Below are positions 1-9,090 of a stretch of DNA of 64,000 bases, piece after piece (position 1 is the first letter of the stretch; the number at the start of each line of letters is the position of its first letter). A program made the position numbers and the translations under genes. Origin of the DNA: Candidatus Scatosoma sp. (GTDB lineage: Bacteria; Bacillota; Clostridia; Christensenellales; Borkfalkiaceae); contig JAZOLI010000092.1 in the NCBI GenBank assembly GCA_045652965.1, positions 3,524 through 67,523 on the forward strand, given 5' to 3'. Below the pieces are notes generated by a model. It saw nothing but the letters and a program-made list of their open reading frames with translations. It was not told the origin of the DNA and searched no databases.

Positions 1-1
1 A

Positions 2-448
2 GGGCTTACCGCAAGCGAAATTGCGCGTGGCGTGCAAAAAATTCAGCCCGTTTCGCATAGGCTGGAACTTATTGAAAGCGGCGGGGCGTATATTCTCGAC
101 GACGGATATAACGCAAATATCGTGGGCGCAAAGGAAGCTTTAAATGCGCTTGGTCGCTTTACGGGCGGCAAGTGCGTGGTGACCCCGGGGATTGTGGAAT
201 GTGGCGTTTTGGAACAAGAAATCAACGGTGAGCTTGGAAAAGAAAGTGCAAAGGCGGGGCTTGATAAAGTGGTGCTTGTGGGCGAAACGCTTGTGGGCGC
301 GGTGAAAGATGGGTATATGCAGGCAGGTGGCAATCAGGAAAAACTCGTGGTTTTAAAAACGCTTGAAGAAGCGAAAGCGGTGCTTGCAAGTTGGCTTAAA
401 ACGGGCGATTGCGTGTTGTTTTTAAACGATTTGCCTGACGTTTTCTAA
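2..448 (+). CDS. murF: Mur ligase (MurF-type UDP-MurNAc-pentapeptide synthetase), C-terminal fragment; 5' end lies outside the window
   Basis: The frame is open from the window edge. The translation HRLELIESGGAYILDDGYNANIVGAKEAL...CVVTPGIVE fits a Mur-ligase C-terminal domain. The gene is directly followed by ddl. Confidence 0.7.
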   Translation, partial: GLTASEIARGVQKIQPVSHRLELIESGGAYILDDGYNANIVGAKEALNALGRFTGGKCVVTPGIVECGVLEQEINGELGKESAKAGLDKVVLVGETLVGAVKDGYMQAGGNQEKLVVLKTLEEAKAVLASWLKTGDCVLFLNDLPDVF

Positions 449-530
449 GTGGCGTGACATCGCCCTGTAAATTTATGAATTACACACGAAACACCAAAGC
501 GGAAAAATATTTTTGCAGAGGTGTTTTTTT

Positions 531-1655
531 ATGCGCAAAGTGGTGGTGATCTTTGGGGGGAAGTCTTGCGAGAACGAAATATCCGTGCTTACGGGTGTGT
601 TCGTGATGAATATAATCGATCGGGAAAAATATGCGATCGTTCCCGTGTATATACATACCGACGGCATGGCGTATACGTCGCCTAAAATGACAAACCTCGA
701 CACGTTCAAGCAAAAAGATTATCGCGATTTTGTGCGTGTCATTTTTGATAATGGGTATCTTTACGCTTTGCAGGGGGAGAAAAAGCGGCTCAAACGGCTT
801 GCCAAAATTGACGTTGCGCTCAACTGTTGCCACGGCGGCTTGGGGGAGAGCGGCGGTGTTTCCGCGCTTATGGAATGGAATGATATTCCGCTCGCTTCTC
901 CCGATCTCACCGCATCGGGCGTGTTCATGGATAAATGTATGACGAAAACGATCATGCGTGGGTTGGGTGTGCCGACGGTCGATTACGTGCGAGCGAGTGA
1001 AAGCGATTATAAAAAGCGTGGTGCTTTTTTGCTGAAAAGGATTGAGGGACGGCTTAAATATCCCGTTGTGGTAAAACCTGCGCATTTGGGCTCTTCTATC
1101 GGGATCGCGCTTGCTAAAAACGAAACGGAAGTGAAAGCGGCGATTGAAAACGCCTTTCTTTTGGACGATCAAGTGATTATAGAAAAATATCTTTCTAAAA
1201 AGCAAGACGTAAACTGCGCCGCCTGCCAGGTGAAAGGTGAAATTTGCGTTTCCGAGCCTGAGGCTGCGTTTGGCGCAGGCATTTATTCGTTTGAAGAAAA
1301 ATACGTAAAAAGAAAAGCCGATGCATCGAGTCAATCGGGAAAGAGTGGGGGCAGGGTTGCAATCAAGGGGGAAATTCGCGATAAAATAAGGGCGTATACG
1401 CGCACCGTTTATAAGCGAATGAATTTGCGCGGCGTCGTGCGTTTGGATTTTCTCGTGTCGGATAGGGACGTGTATCTTTGCGAAGTGAACACCGTGCCCG
1501 GCTCGCTTGCTTATTATCTGTTTTGTGAACGGATTATGGATGCGCGCGCGTTCTTTTCCGATATCTTGGAAGAAGCGGTGCGATCACACACGGAAAACAA
1601 AAAAAGGATCGTTTCCACAGGGATCTTGCGCTCCGTTTCCTGGCAAACAAAATAA
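531..1655 (+). CDS. ddl: D-alanine--D-alanine ligase
   Basis: The N-terminus is MRKVVVIFGGKSCENEISVLTG, followed by an ATP-grasp body and a C-terminal EVNTVPG motif. ATG 531 is preferred over the upstream in-frame ATG 513. Confidence 0.9.
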   Translation: MRKVVVIFGGKSCENEISVLTGVFVMNIIDREKYAIVPVYIHTDGMAYTSPKMTNLDTFKQKDYRDFVRVIFDNGYLYALQGEKKRLKRLAKIDVALNCCHGGLGESGGVSALMEWNDIPLASPDLTASGVFMDKCMTKTIMRGLGVPTVDYVRASESDYKKRGAFLLKRIEGRLKYPVVVKPAHLGSSIGIALAKNETEVKAAIENAFLLDDQVIIEKYLSKKQDVNCAACQVKGEICVSEPEAAFGAGIYSFEEKYVKRKADASSQSGKSGGRVAIKGEIRDKIRAYTRTVYKRMNLRGVVRLDFLVSDRDVYLCEVNTVPGSLAYYLFCERIMDARAFFSDILEEAVRSHTENKKRIVSTGILRSVSWQTK

Positions 1656-1658
1656 AAA

Positions 1659-1688
1659 AAGCGACGCGTTTTGTATAACGCGTCGCTT
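1659..1688. terminator. Bidirectional stem-loop between the convergent ddl and SGNH hydrolase genes
   Basis: Perfect 12-bp stem aagcgacgcgtt / aacgcgtcgctt with a 6-nt loop, flanked by an A-run upstream and T-rich sequence downstream. Confidence 0.7.
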
Positions 1689-1703
1689 AGATTTTTGCAA
1701 AAC

Positions 1704-2780
1704 TTATTTAGATTTTTTAAGTGCTTTTTTGAGCACGGGGGCAATGTTTTGCGCCATGCGATAAAAGCCTAAATCGTTGGGGTGTACGCCGTCGACAGTG
1801 CAGGCGGAGCGTTCGTGCTTGCCGTATAACTTTTCGCCGTCGATAAACCACACGAGCTTATCACCCTGCTTTTTCGCTTGTTTATACGTTTGATAAATCA
1901 CGCTTCTGCGCTTTGCTCTATCGTTTTTATCCCTGTCGAAATCGGGGGGGGAAATGAGCACGATGGGGGTTTTGGGGTTGGCTTTTCTCACTGTTTCGTA
2001 AAGGTTAAAATGGGTGTTTTTTAGATGCTCAACGTTGGGCGCGTTGTGGTCGTAATCTAAAACGAACACGGAGCAATCGAGCGAAGCAAGGTAATCGCAC
2101 ATTGCTTCTTCGCCTTTCGCATTTCCTGAAAAACCGAGATTGACAAAATCGAAATTGAGCTTTCTAGAAAGGAAAGATTGATAATCGTTCCCGGGGTGCG
2201 AAGCGCAACCGCCTTGCGTAATCGAACTGCCGTAAAAGACGACGGGCTTTTCATAAGCGTAGGGCTTGGGCTCTTGCACGACACTACCTTTTTTTAACCC
2301 GATATACATTTTATGTACGTAGTTGTAAAGGGGCATATGGATCGTGATTTCTTCGAGTGAAAGCGTGGGTAAATGAAGTATGCCTTCGAACGCGAATTTA
2401 TTGTCTACGACGTTTAGATCGTTTGGACGAGAAGAAATAATGCCGCGACATTCGCCGCCACTATAAACGCTAAAACCGCACGAGCCGATCCAGGGCATAT
2501 TCCACATAGCAGGCATCGCCCTTTCCACGAATTTTATCGCAACGTAAGGGGAGTTGGTCATAAAGCGTACTCTTCCGCCTGCACTGCAAAGACTGCCCCA
2601 AGCAACGCCCTTGTTTACAGATTCTGCGGCTTGTTGCGGCATACGGCGAAACCAACCGTCCGCTTCGTCGTAATAGACGCCGTGCAGGGCAAAGGGGGCT
2701 TGTGGAATTTCGAACCATTCTACGTCCGGTTCTTCAATCGGTTTAATTTCAAAGGCTTTATCAACTTGCGTTATATCCAT
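1704..2780 (-). CDS. SGNH/GDSL-family hydrolase (esterase) with an N-terminal beta-rich domain
   Basis: Block I VFYGSSITQGG, block III GFSGNAKGE and block V DGVHPNDLGF (D-x-x-H). RBS aggtga lies upstream of ATG 2780. Confidence 0.75.
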   Translation of the reverse strand: MDITQVDKAFEIKPIEEPDVEWFEIPQAPFALHGVYYDEADGWFRRMPQQAAESVNKGVAWGSLCSAGGRVRFMTNSPYVAIKFVERAMPAMWNMPWIGSCGFSVYSGGECRGIISSRPNDLNVVDNKFAFEGILHLPTLSLEEITIHMPLYNYVHKMYIGLKKGSVVQEPKPYAYEKPVVFYGSSITQGGCASHPGNDYQSFLSRKLNFDFVNLGFSGNAKGEEAMCDYLASLDCSVFVLDYDHNAPNVEHLKNTHFNLYETVRKANPKTPIVLISPPDFDRDKNDRAKRRSVIYQTYKQAKKQGDKLVWFIDGEKLYGKHERSACTVDGVHPNDLGFYRMAQNIAPVLKKALKKSK

Positions 2781-2810
2781 TTTCGTTCACCTATTTTTTA
2801 AGTTAAGGAA

Positions 2811-3698
2811 TTATGCAAAGAAAGGGGGAAGCACGAGCGTGGCGATAACGAGCGCGCCAAGCGCGATACGATACCAACCGAACACTTTAAAATCGTGCTT
2901 TTGTACGAACTTCATCAAGAATTTGATGGCGATAAGGGAAATGGCGAAGGCTACGATTGCGCCGATTGCAAGATAGCCGATTTCCGCGCCCGTAAAGCCA
3001 CCGCTTGCCATCAAGAATTTGAGAAGCTTAATCGCGCTCGCGCCTGCCATCACGGGAATGGCAAGGAAGAAGGTGAATTCCGCACCGGCAGGACGAGCCA
3101 CGCCGATAAGGAGCGCGCCTAAAATGGTTGCGCCCGAACGCGACGTGCCGGGGATGAGCGAAAGAATTTGGAATGCGCCGATAATCAAAGCGTGTTTATA
3201 CGTGATCTCTCCCGTCGTTTTTAAGGGCAGTTCCTTGTTCTTGTTATAATTTTCTACGACGATAAACGCTACGCCGTATATAATCAATGTCAAGGAAATG
3301 ACGAGCGGCGTATGTAAATGCGCTTCCAACATATCGTCGAACAAAATGCCGATCACACCTGCAGGCACGCAAGCCACAAGCACTTTGCCCCAAAGGGATA
3401 AAATGTTTTTATCGGTGACGATGCGTTGTTGCACGCCGCTGGGCGTTTCTGAATTTTCGGCAACCGTTTCCTTTTTCCAAGGGAAAAGTTTGTTCCAAAA
3501 AAGCACCACCACAGCAAGGATTGCTCCAAGCTGAATGACCACGAAGAACATTTCTTTAAACGCTTCGCTTGCGTTTAAGGTGAGCGCAGGGATCGCATCT
3601 ACAAGGAGCATATGCCCCGTACTCGACACGGGCAACCATTCGGTGATGCCTTCCACGATACCAAGCAAGATAACTTTGAGAATTTCAATGAGTTCCAT
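2811..3698 (-). CDS. uppP: Undecaprenyl-diphosphate phosphatase
   Basis: EGITEWLPVSSTGHMLL and PGTSRSGATI motifs in a polytopic membrane protein. ATG 3698 with RBS GTGGAG 9 nt upstream is preferred over GTG 3713. Confidence 0.9.
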   Translation of the reverse strand: MELIEILKVILLGIVEGITEWLPVSSTGHMLLVDAIPALTLNASEAFKEMFFVVIQLGAILAVVVLFWNKLFPWKKETVAENSETPSGVQQRIVTDKNILSLWGKVLVACVPAGVIGILFDDMLEAHLHTPLVISLTLIIYGVAFIVVENYNKNKELPLKTTGEITYKHALIIGAFQILSLIPGTSRSGATILGALLIGVARPAGAEFTFFLAIPVMAGASAIKLLKFLMASGGFTGAEIGYLAIGAIVAFAISLIAIKFLMKFVQKHDFKVFGWYRIALGALVIATLVLPPFFA

Positions 3699-3853
3699 AA
3701 AGTTTTTCTCCACTTTTTCAAAATTTCGAACAGATACATTATATCATAAAAAAGAGGGAATGTCTATTGAATTGAGACGAAAAGTTTTTTAGAAAGAAAA
3801 TCAAAAAAAATGCAAAAAATGCACACAAAAAGCAAAAAAATATGTTTAAAATA

Positions 3854-3882
3854 TTGCATTTTTAAAAATAATGTGCTATAAT
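3854..3882 (+). promoter_or_regulatory. Sigma-70-type promoter of the cold-shock gene, giving a 5' UTR of about 105 nt
   Basis: TTGCAT (3854-3859), 17-nt spacer, TGc-TATAAT (3877-3882). An A-rich UP-like tract lies upstream. Confidence 0.6.
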
Positions 3883-3993
3883 AATAGCGTAACGGATAAA
3901 AATCGCGCTTTTGACGCGGTAGGTTGTGTTCGGTTTGGCTTGCTTGGGGGGTTGCGGTTTTGTCGGGGACAAAACTTGAAGGAGGGAGAGAAG

Positions 3994-4206
3994 ATGAGTC
4001 AGGGAACTGTGAAATGGTTCAACGCAGAAAAAGGATATGGCTTTATCGCAAATGAAGAAGGCGGCGAAGACGTATTCGTACATTTCTCCGCGATCGTTAT
4101 GGACGGTTACAGACGTTTAAAAGAAGGACAAAAAGTGTCGTTCGAAACCGAACAAGATCCTAAAAATCCTGAAAAGCTTCGCGCGATCAACGTGCAAGTG
4201 CTTTAA
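3994..4206 (+). CDS. csp: Cold-shock protein (CspA family, 70 aa)
   Basis: [18 protein letters not shown]...DVFVHFSAI carries the RNP1/RNP2 motifs. RBS GGAGGGAG lies upstream of ATG 3994. The ORF-track start 3871 is a spurious extension through the 5' UTR. Confidence 0.95.
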   Translation: MSQGTVKWFNAEKGYGFIANEEGGEDVFVHFSAIVMDGYRRLKEGQKVSFETEQDPKNPEKLRAINVQVL

Positions 4207-4231
4207 GGTAAAAAAGTTCGAAAAGAAAAAT

Positions 4232-4267
4232 CCGCGCCTCAAAAGCAGGGCGTGGGTTTTCTTTTTT
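4232..4267 (+). terminator. Intrinsic terminator after csp
   Basis: Stem ccgcgcc / ggcgtgg with a 9-10 nt loop, followed by ttttctttttt. Confidence 0.6.
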
Positions 4268-4298
4268 GCTCTTTTTACGTCAACAGACGGCTTAAGGT

Positions 4299-4327
4299 TT
4301 GACAAAAGCGCGGTGGTGGTGTATAAT
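4299..4327 (+). promoter_or_regulatory. Sigma-70-type promoter of galK
   Basis: TTGACA (4299-4304), 17-nt spacer, TATAAT (4322-4327). Confidence 0.6.
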
Positions 4328-4362
4328 GATTTTACCAATTATAAAACGTGAGAGAAAGTGTT

Positions 4363-5523
4363 ATGGAAAGTATGCAAGCAAGAGAAACTTTTTTAAAGAC
4401 GTTTGGCGCGGAAGCGGAAGATTTGTTCACCGCCGCAGGGCGCATTAACGTGATTGGCGAGCACGTGGATTATTGTGGGGGCAAGGTGTTTCCTGCCGCG
4501 CTTAATTTGTGTTGCAACGTATATGCTAAAAAGACGGGCGGAAACATCATGCGTCTTGCCTTTAACGGCATCGACGGCGTTGTAGAGCTTGATATTCATT
4601 CGCTTAACAGCTATCGCGGTTTGAAAATTGGCAATTATCAGGCAGGCGTTGCGCTCGAAATGCAAAAAACGGGGGTGAAGCTGGTTGGGTGCGATCTTTA
4701 TTATGATTGCACCGTGCCCTTTGGTAGCGGACTTTCATCGTCGGCGGCGATTGAAGTGGCAACCGCCGTTGCGCTTTATACCTACGCGGGCGTGCCCTAT
4801 GATAAAGTGGAGATTGCTAAACTTTGTCAAAAGGCGGAAAACGAATATGCAGGCGTAAATTGTGGAATTATGGATCAATTCGCTTCGGCAATGGGAAAAA
4901 AGGATTGTGCCGTGTTGCTCGATTGTTCCACCCTCGCCTACGAATACGTGCCTTTAAAGCTTGGCGATTATGCGCTCGTGGTGGCGAATTGCAATAAGCC
5001 CCATTCTCTTATCGAGAGCAAATATAACGTGCGCCGTCAGGAAGTGGAAATTGCTTTAAAAACTATTCAGGAAACGAAAAACATTTCCTGCCTTGCCGAG
5101 CTTTCGCCTAAGGATTTTTCGGAAATGAAATATCTGCTTTCGGGTGTGGTGGCAAAGCGCACCGAACACGTGGTGATGGAATGTGATCGCGTGCAAAAGG
5201 CGGTGGAAGCGCTCAAAGCAGGGGATATCGTGGAATTGGGTCGTTTGCTGAACGAAAGCCATGATAGCTTGCGCGATTTGTATGAAGTGACGGGCAAAGA
5301 ACTTGACACCCTTTCCGCGCTTGCGAGAAAGGAAACCGATTGCTTGGGCTCGCGTATGATCGGCGGCGGCTTTGGCGGTTGTACCATTTCCATCGTGAAA
5401 AAACCGGCGGTGGAAGGCTTTATCCGTAGAGTAGGCGCGGCGTATGCCGAAGAGATTGGCTACAAGGCAAGCTTCTACGAAACGTCGATTGAGGACGGCA
5501 TCACCGTTTCTAAATTGTCATAA
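4363..5523 (+). CDS. galK: Galactokinase
   Basis: GRINVIGEHVDYCGG signature, GHMP-kinase motif PFGSGLSSSAA, and GGGFGGC near the C-terminus. No galT or galE lies adjacent. Confidence 0.9.
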   Translation: MESMQARETFLKTFGAEAEDLFTAAGRINVIGEHVDYCGGKVFPAALNLCCNVYAKKTGGNIMRLAFNGIDGVVELDIHSLNSYRGLKIGNYQAGVALEMQKTGVKLVGCDLYYDCTVPFGSGLSSSAAIEVATAVALYTYAGVPYDKVEIAKLCQKAENEYAGVNCGIMDQFASAMGKKDCAVLLDCSTLAYEYVPLKLGDYALVVANCNKPHSLIESKYNVRRQEVEIALKTIQETKNISCLAELSPKDFSEMKYLLSGVVAKRTEHVVMECDRVQKAVEALKAGDIVELGRLLNESHDSLRDLYEVTGKELDTLSALARKETDCLGSRMIGGGFGGCTISIVKKPAVEGFIRRVGAAYAEEIGYKASFYETSIEDGITVSKLS

Positions 5524-5535
5524 TTAAAATAAAAC

Positions 5536-5570
5536 TTGCCGCCGACTGCGGGGCAGTCGGCGGTTTTTTA
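5536..5570. terminator. Bidirectional terminator between the convergent galK and cca genes
   Basis: Stem ccgccgactg / cagtcggcgg with a 4-5 nt loop, followed by tttttt. Confidence 0.7.
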
Positions 5571-6914
5571 AATCTTGAAAGCGAGTTTGATAAGCCGCTC
5601 TTTTTTATTGTCTTTGGGATTGCAAACAGCGTGATATAAAAGGGTTTGTAAAATTTCGGAAATGCGGCTAGGCGTTATGCTTATATTTAACAAATCTTTA
5701 CCCGAAATTGCGAGTTCTTTTAGCGTGAGTGGAGCGTGCTCGGCGCGTAATTTTTGAAGGAGCGCAAGCCAACGCGCGCAGGTGGGGGCGATCGAGAGAT
5801 CGTCGGTGCAAGCGGAAAAGTCCGCTTGTTTTAAAAGGAGCAGTTTTTCCAAACTTGAAAAATGTTTTACAAAGAAGCGGCGAAGTTTGTTTTCGCTTGT
5901 TTTACAATTAAAATCGTACATGTGCAAGGCGACGAGCTTTGCCGTTTCGTCTATCGTCTTTGTCGGCGCTTTCAGCCGCGTTAAAATGGCTCTAGCGAGT
6001 TTCTCCCCTTCTTCGGAGTGCGCGTGCGCGTTGCCGTCTCGCTTCATGCAAAGTGGTTTTCCTACGTCGTGCAAAAGGGCGGTAAGCCGAACGCTTTTGT
6101 CGGCGTATAACACGGCGCGAAGAGAATGTTCTAACACGTCGTATTTATGAAAATCGGCGCGTTGGGCAAGATCTCGTCCTGCTGAAAGCTCAGGTAAAAT
6201 ATAATCAAGCACACGCGTTTCGTCAAGCAATTTTAATCCTGCGTAATGCCCGTTTTTCACGCCGTATTTTTCGTCGGCGGCAAGGATAGCGCAAAGCTCG
6301 GTGTAAATGCGTTCGGGGGAAATGTCGGCAATGAGCGCCGCGTTCGTTTTCGCGCCCAAAAGACAATCGTCATCGGGGGTAAAGCCCAAACACGCCGCTT
6401 GCCGAGCAAGCCGCATAAGACGAAGCCCGTCTTCGGAGAACACCTTTTTTGCGGGCGCAACCGTCGTTAAACGCCTTTCCTTGATCGCTTGTATGCCGCT
6501 CAGCGGATCAAGATATTTCCCTGCTTTGATATCATAATATATTGCGTTGCAGGTGAAATCGCGACGGCGCGCATCGAGATGGATATCGGTCGTGAACGTC
6601 GTTTGAACGGGTACATGGGTGCCGCGGACGTATTCGTCGGAGCGGAAACAGCTATATTCATAATCTACGCCCGCTTCGTCTTGAAGCTTTACCGTGCCCG
6701 TGTTTTTAAAGGTTGCTTTTACGATAAATCCGCTTTTTTTCGCGCTCTCTACGAACGTTTCGACGGGGGTGGGGGAGCTTAAATCAAAATCGGGCTCGCC
6801 TGTCTTTTGCGTAAGGTTTGCCAAGTGGTCGCGCACGCTTCCACCTACCACGTATAACGGATTTTTGCAATTTTCGGCAAGATTGAACAAATTTTTGGGC
6901 AGTATTTCCCGCAT
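5568..6914 (-). CDS. cca: CCA-adding enzyme / poly(A) polymerase-family tRNA nucleotidyltransferase with an HD domain
   Basis: VVGGSVRD nucleotidyltransferase motif, RRDFTCNA motif and HD motif LLHDVGKP. RBS AAGGA lies upstream of ATG 6914. Confidence 0.8.
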   Translation of the reverse strand: MREILPKNLFNLAENCKNPLYVVGGSVRDHLANLTQKTGEPDFDLSSPTPVETFVESAKKSGFIVKATFKNTGTVKLQDEAGVDYEYSCFRSDEYVRGTHVPVQTTFTTDIHLDARRRDFTCNAIYYDIKAGKYLDPLSGIQAIKERRLTTVAPAKKVFSEDGLRLMRLARQAACLGFTPDDDCLLGAKTNAALIADISPERIYTELCAILAADEKYGVKNGHYAGLKLLDETRVLDYILPELSAGRDLAQRADFHKYDVLEHSLRAVLYADKSVRLTALLHDVGKPLCMKRDGNAHAHSEEGEKLARAILTRLKAPTKTIDETAKLVALHMYDFNCKTSENKLRRFFVKHFSSLEKLLLLKQADFSACTDDLSIAPTCARWLALLQKLRAEHAPLTLKELAISGKDLLNISITPSRISEILQTLLYHAVCNPKDNKKERLIKLAFKI

Positions 6915-6967
6915 AACGCATCCTTTTACAAAATTTTTTATAATAACAGTATATCAAAATTAAAAAT

Positions 6968-6989
6968 AAATTGCAATTAAATTGCAATT
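6968..6989. promoter_or_regulatory. Two tandem 10-bp palindromes (AATTGCAATT x2), operator-like, in the cca / lipid-kinase divergent region
   Basis: aaattgcaatt repeats head-to-tail at 6968-6978 and 6979-6989. The second copy overlaps a putative -35 TTGCAA (6982-6987) paired with TATAAT at 7005-7010. Confidence 0.35.
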
Positions 6990-7043
6990 CTTTGAAAAGT
7001 GTTATATAATATATTTAGCGAAAATTTTTAAGCGAGTTTACGA

Positions 7044-7919
7044 ATGAAGAAATTTCATATCATTTCCAACCCTGTGGCAGGAAAAAAGAAAGATAAAACG
7101 AAAAACGCGTTAGAGCTCGTGGAAGGCGTGTTTTTGAAAAACGGCGTGGATTTTCAAACGCATTTCTCTCAAGGCGAAAAGGATGCGACGCGGATCGTGC
7201 GCGAACTCACGCTCGCGGGGGAAACGGAGATTGTTGCTCACGGCGGCGATGGTACGCTACACGAAGTTTTGAACGGCATCGTTGATCCATCTGTTTGCAA
7301 CCTTGGGTTGATCCCGTCGGGTACGGGCAACGATTTTGCTGAAAAGGTCGGCTTGCCCCTTGATCCCGTGAAAGCCGCCGAGTTTATCTTAAACGGAAAA
7401 GCAAAACCCACCGACTTTTTAGAAGTGGGCGGCGTGCGCTGTATGAACGTGGCAGGGCTTGGCATGGACGTGGACGTGTTAGAGCGTTGCCAAAAGGGCA
7501 AAAACAAAGGCAAGGCGAAATATCTTTTATCCCTTTTGCAAAGCTTGTTCGCTTATAAGGGGATCAAAGTGCAAATTGAAAGCGAAGGGGTGCAGGAAGA
7601 GCGCGACGTGCTCATTGCCGCGGCATGCAACGGCTCGCAATTTGGCGGCGGCATTCGCATTTGTCCCGTGGCGGACGTTGCCGATGGTAAGCTTGATGCC
7701 GTGATTGTGGATTGTATCGGCGGAAAGATGAAAATCATCAAGGCGTTTATGCAGCTGATGAAAGGTAAAATTTTAGAATATCCCAGCGCAAAGCATTTTA
7801 CGTGCGATAAATTGAAATTTGCGCCTTTCTCGCCTTGCACCGTGCAACTCGACGGCGAGCTTTATAAGGGCTTGGATTTCACCGTGCAGGTTTGTAGCGG
7901 TTTGAAATTTTATAGATAA
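7044..7919 (+). CDS. Diacylglycerol/lipid kinase family protein (DAGK catalytic domain)
   Basis: HGGDGTLHEVLNG and PSGTGNDFA motifs in a 291-aa protein, matching YegS/DagK-type proteins. Confidence 0.8.
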   Translation: MKKFHIISNPVAGKKKDKTKNALELVEGVFLKNGVDFQTHFSQGEKDATRIVRELTLAGETEIVAHGGDGTLHEVLNGIVDPSVCNLGLIPSGTGNDFAEKVGLPLDPVKAAEFILNGKAKPTDFLEVGGVRCMNVAGLGMDVDVLERCQKGKNKGKAKYLLSLLQSLFAYKGIKVQIESEGVQEERDVLIAAACNGSQFGGGIRICPVADVADGKLDAVIVDCIGGKMKIIKAFMQLMKGKILEYPSAKHFTCDKLKFAPFSPCTVQLDGELYKGLDFTVQVCSGLKFYR

Positions 7920-7947
7920 GTTTTACATATAATTTTATAGGCAAAAA

Positions 7948-9033
7948 ATGACAAGTGGAACGTTTAAAAAACTGTTTGACAAGCTGCCCCAAGGGGTGTT
8001 TGTGTTTGACGATAAGCTGCGCGTGAAATTCACGAACGCGGCGTTTCGGCGTTCCTTTCCCGATCAGGCAAAACCCAAAGGCACGCTTGCGCAGACGCTC
8101 GCTTGCGGCGAGAGCCGCGGTTGCGGTTTGGGCTCGGCTTGTGATTTTTGCGCCTTTTTTAAAGTGATGAAAGCTGCGGCGAGCGAAAACGCGGAAAAAA
8201 CGGAAACGTTCAACACCACCGTTCGCCGTGAAAATAGAACGGATACGATTTCCGTGCGCATTCGTATTCTTCCTATGGACGAAAAAGGCAAACTCTTTTT
8301 AGGGCTTACGGATGGTAGTTTTCAATCGGAAATGGAAAGGGAAATGCTTTCGGCAAAACAGCTTCAACAACGGCTTTTGCCTGCGGGCAAAAACATGGGG
8401 GGCGTGCCGTATGCCTATACCTACATTCCCTGTCTTGGCGTGGGGGGCGATTTGCCCGACGTTTACGAGCTCGATGGAAAAACTTACGGCGTGCTTGCCG
8501 ACGTTTCAGGCAAAGGTGTGTCTGCTGGTATGCTTTCGGCGTTTGTCAAAGCGGGGTTTGATCGCAAAGAGCCCGATCTTGCTAAGGCACTTACAAAGTT
8601 GAACGCGAAATTTAACGAGCTGGGGCAGGACGAGCGTTCGTATATCACCGTTGCTGCCGTTCGTATCGACAAACAAAACGGTCGGCTTGGCTACGCTTCG
8701 GCAGGGCACAACGCGCCTATTTTGCTCAAAACGGGGGACGGCATACACGAGATTGAAAGCCCTGCACCGCCTATTTCTAATTGGATGGATGGGTTTGTGT
8801 ATAAGGAAAACGAGCTTCCGTTTGAGCATGGCGATTTGCTCGTGCTTTTAACCGATGGCGTGACCGAATGTGCCAATGGCAAAGGAGAACTTTTCGGTAT
8901 TGAGCGTGCGGAAAGCGTGCTCTTGCAATCGCACGGCGCGGAAGATTTTATCGGTAAACTGAAAAACGCTTTAACCGTGTTCTGCAGCGGGAAATATTCC
9001 GACGACGTGACGGCGATTGCATTCGATTTATAA
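7948..9033 (+). CDS. PAS-like sensor domain fused to a PP2C/SpoIIE-family serine phosphatase
   Basis: The C-terminal half carries GGDLPDVYEL...ADVSGKGVSAGM...AGHNAPILL...LLTDGVTE...DDVTAIAF (SpoIIE/RsbU-type). The N-terminal ~110 aa look PAS-like and contain a 4-Cys cluster. Confidence 0.75.
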   Translation: MTSGTFKKLFDKLPQGVFVFDDKLRVKFTNAAFRRSFPDQAKPKGTLAQTLACGESRGCGLGSACDFCAFFKVMKAAASENAEKTETFNTTVRRENRTDTISVRIRILPMDEKGKLFLGLTDGSFQSEMEREMLSAKQLQQRLLPAGKNMGGVPYAYTYIPCLGVGGDLPDVYELDGKTYGVLADVSGKGVSAGMLSAFVKAGFDRKEPDLAKALTKLNAKFNELGQDERSYITVAAVRIDKQNGRLGYASAGHNAPILLKTGDGIHEIESPAPPISNWMDGFVYKENELPFEHGDLLVLLTDGVTECANGKGELFGIERAESVLLQSHGAEDFIGKLKNALTVFCSGKYSDDVTAIAFDL

Positions 9034-9090
9034 GATAAGGCTTTACCCCGTCACTTGGTTGATTTTTGAAATGAATAAGGAGTTTAGGTT

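Noticed and set aside
480-1334. Long antisense ORFs opposite well-supported genes. Examples are 480-1334(-) against ddl, 9175-9909(-) against glucokinase, and 24461-25048(-) and 25232-25780(-) against pyrC. Others are 25841-26674(-) against pyrF, 27735-28343(-) and 28160-29095(-) against pyrD/pyrE, and 16521-17183(+) against ruvX.
   Set aside because: Each lies entirely within a gene that has clear family motifs on the other strand. Their translations are low-complexity (rich in R/H/F/A) with no motifs and no RBS. They are typical shadow ORFs produced by codon periodicity.
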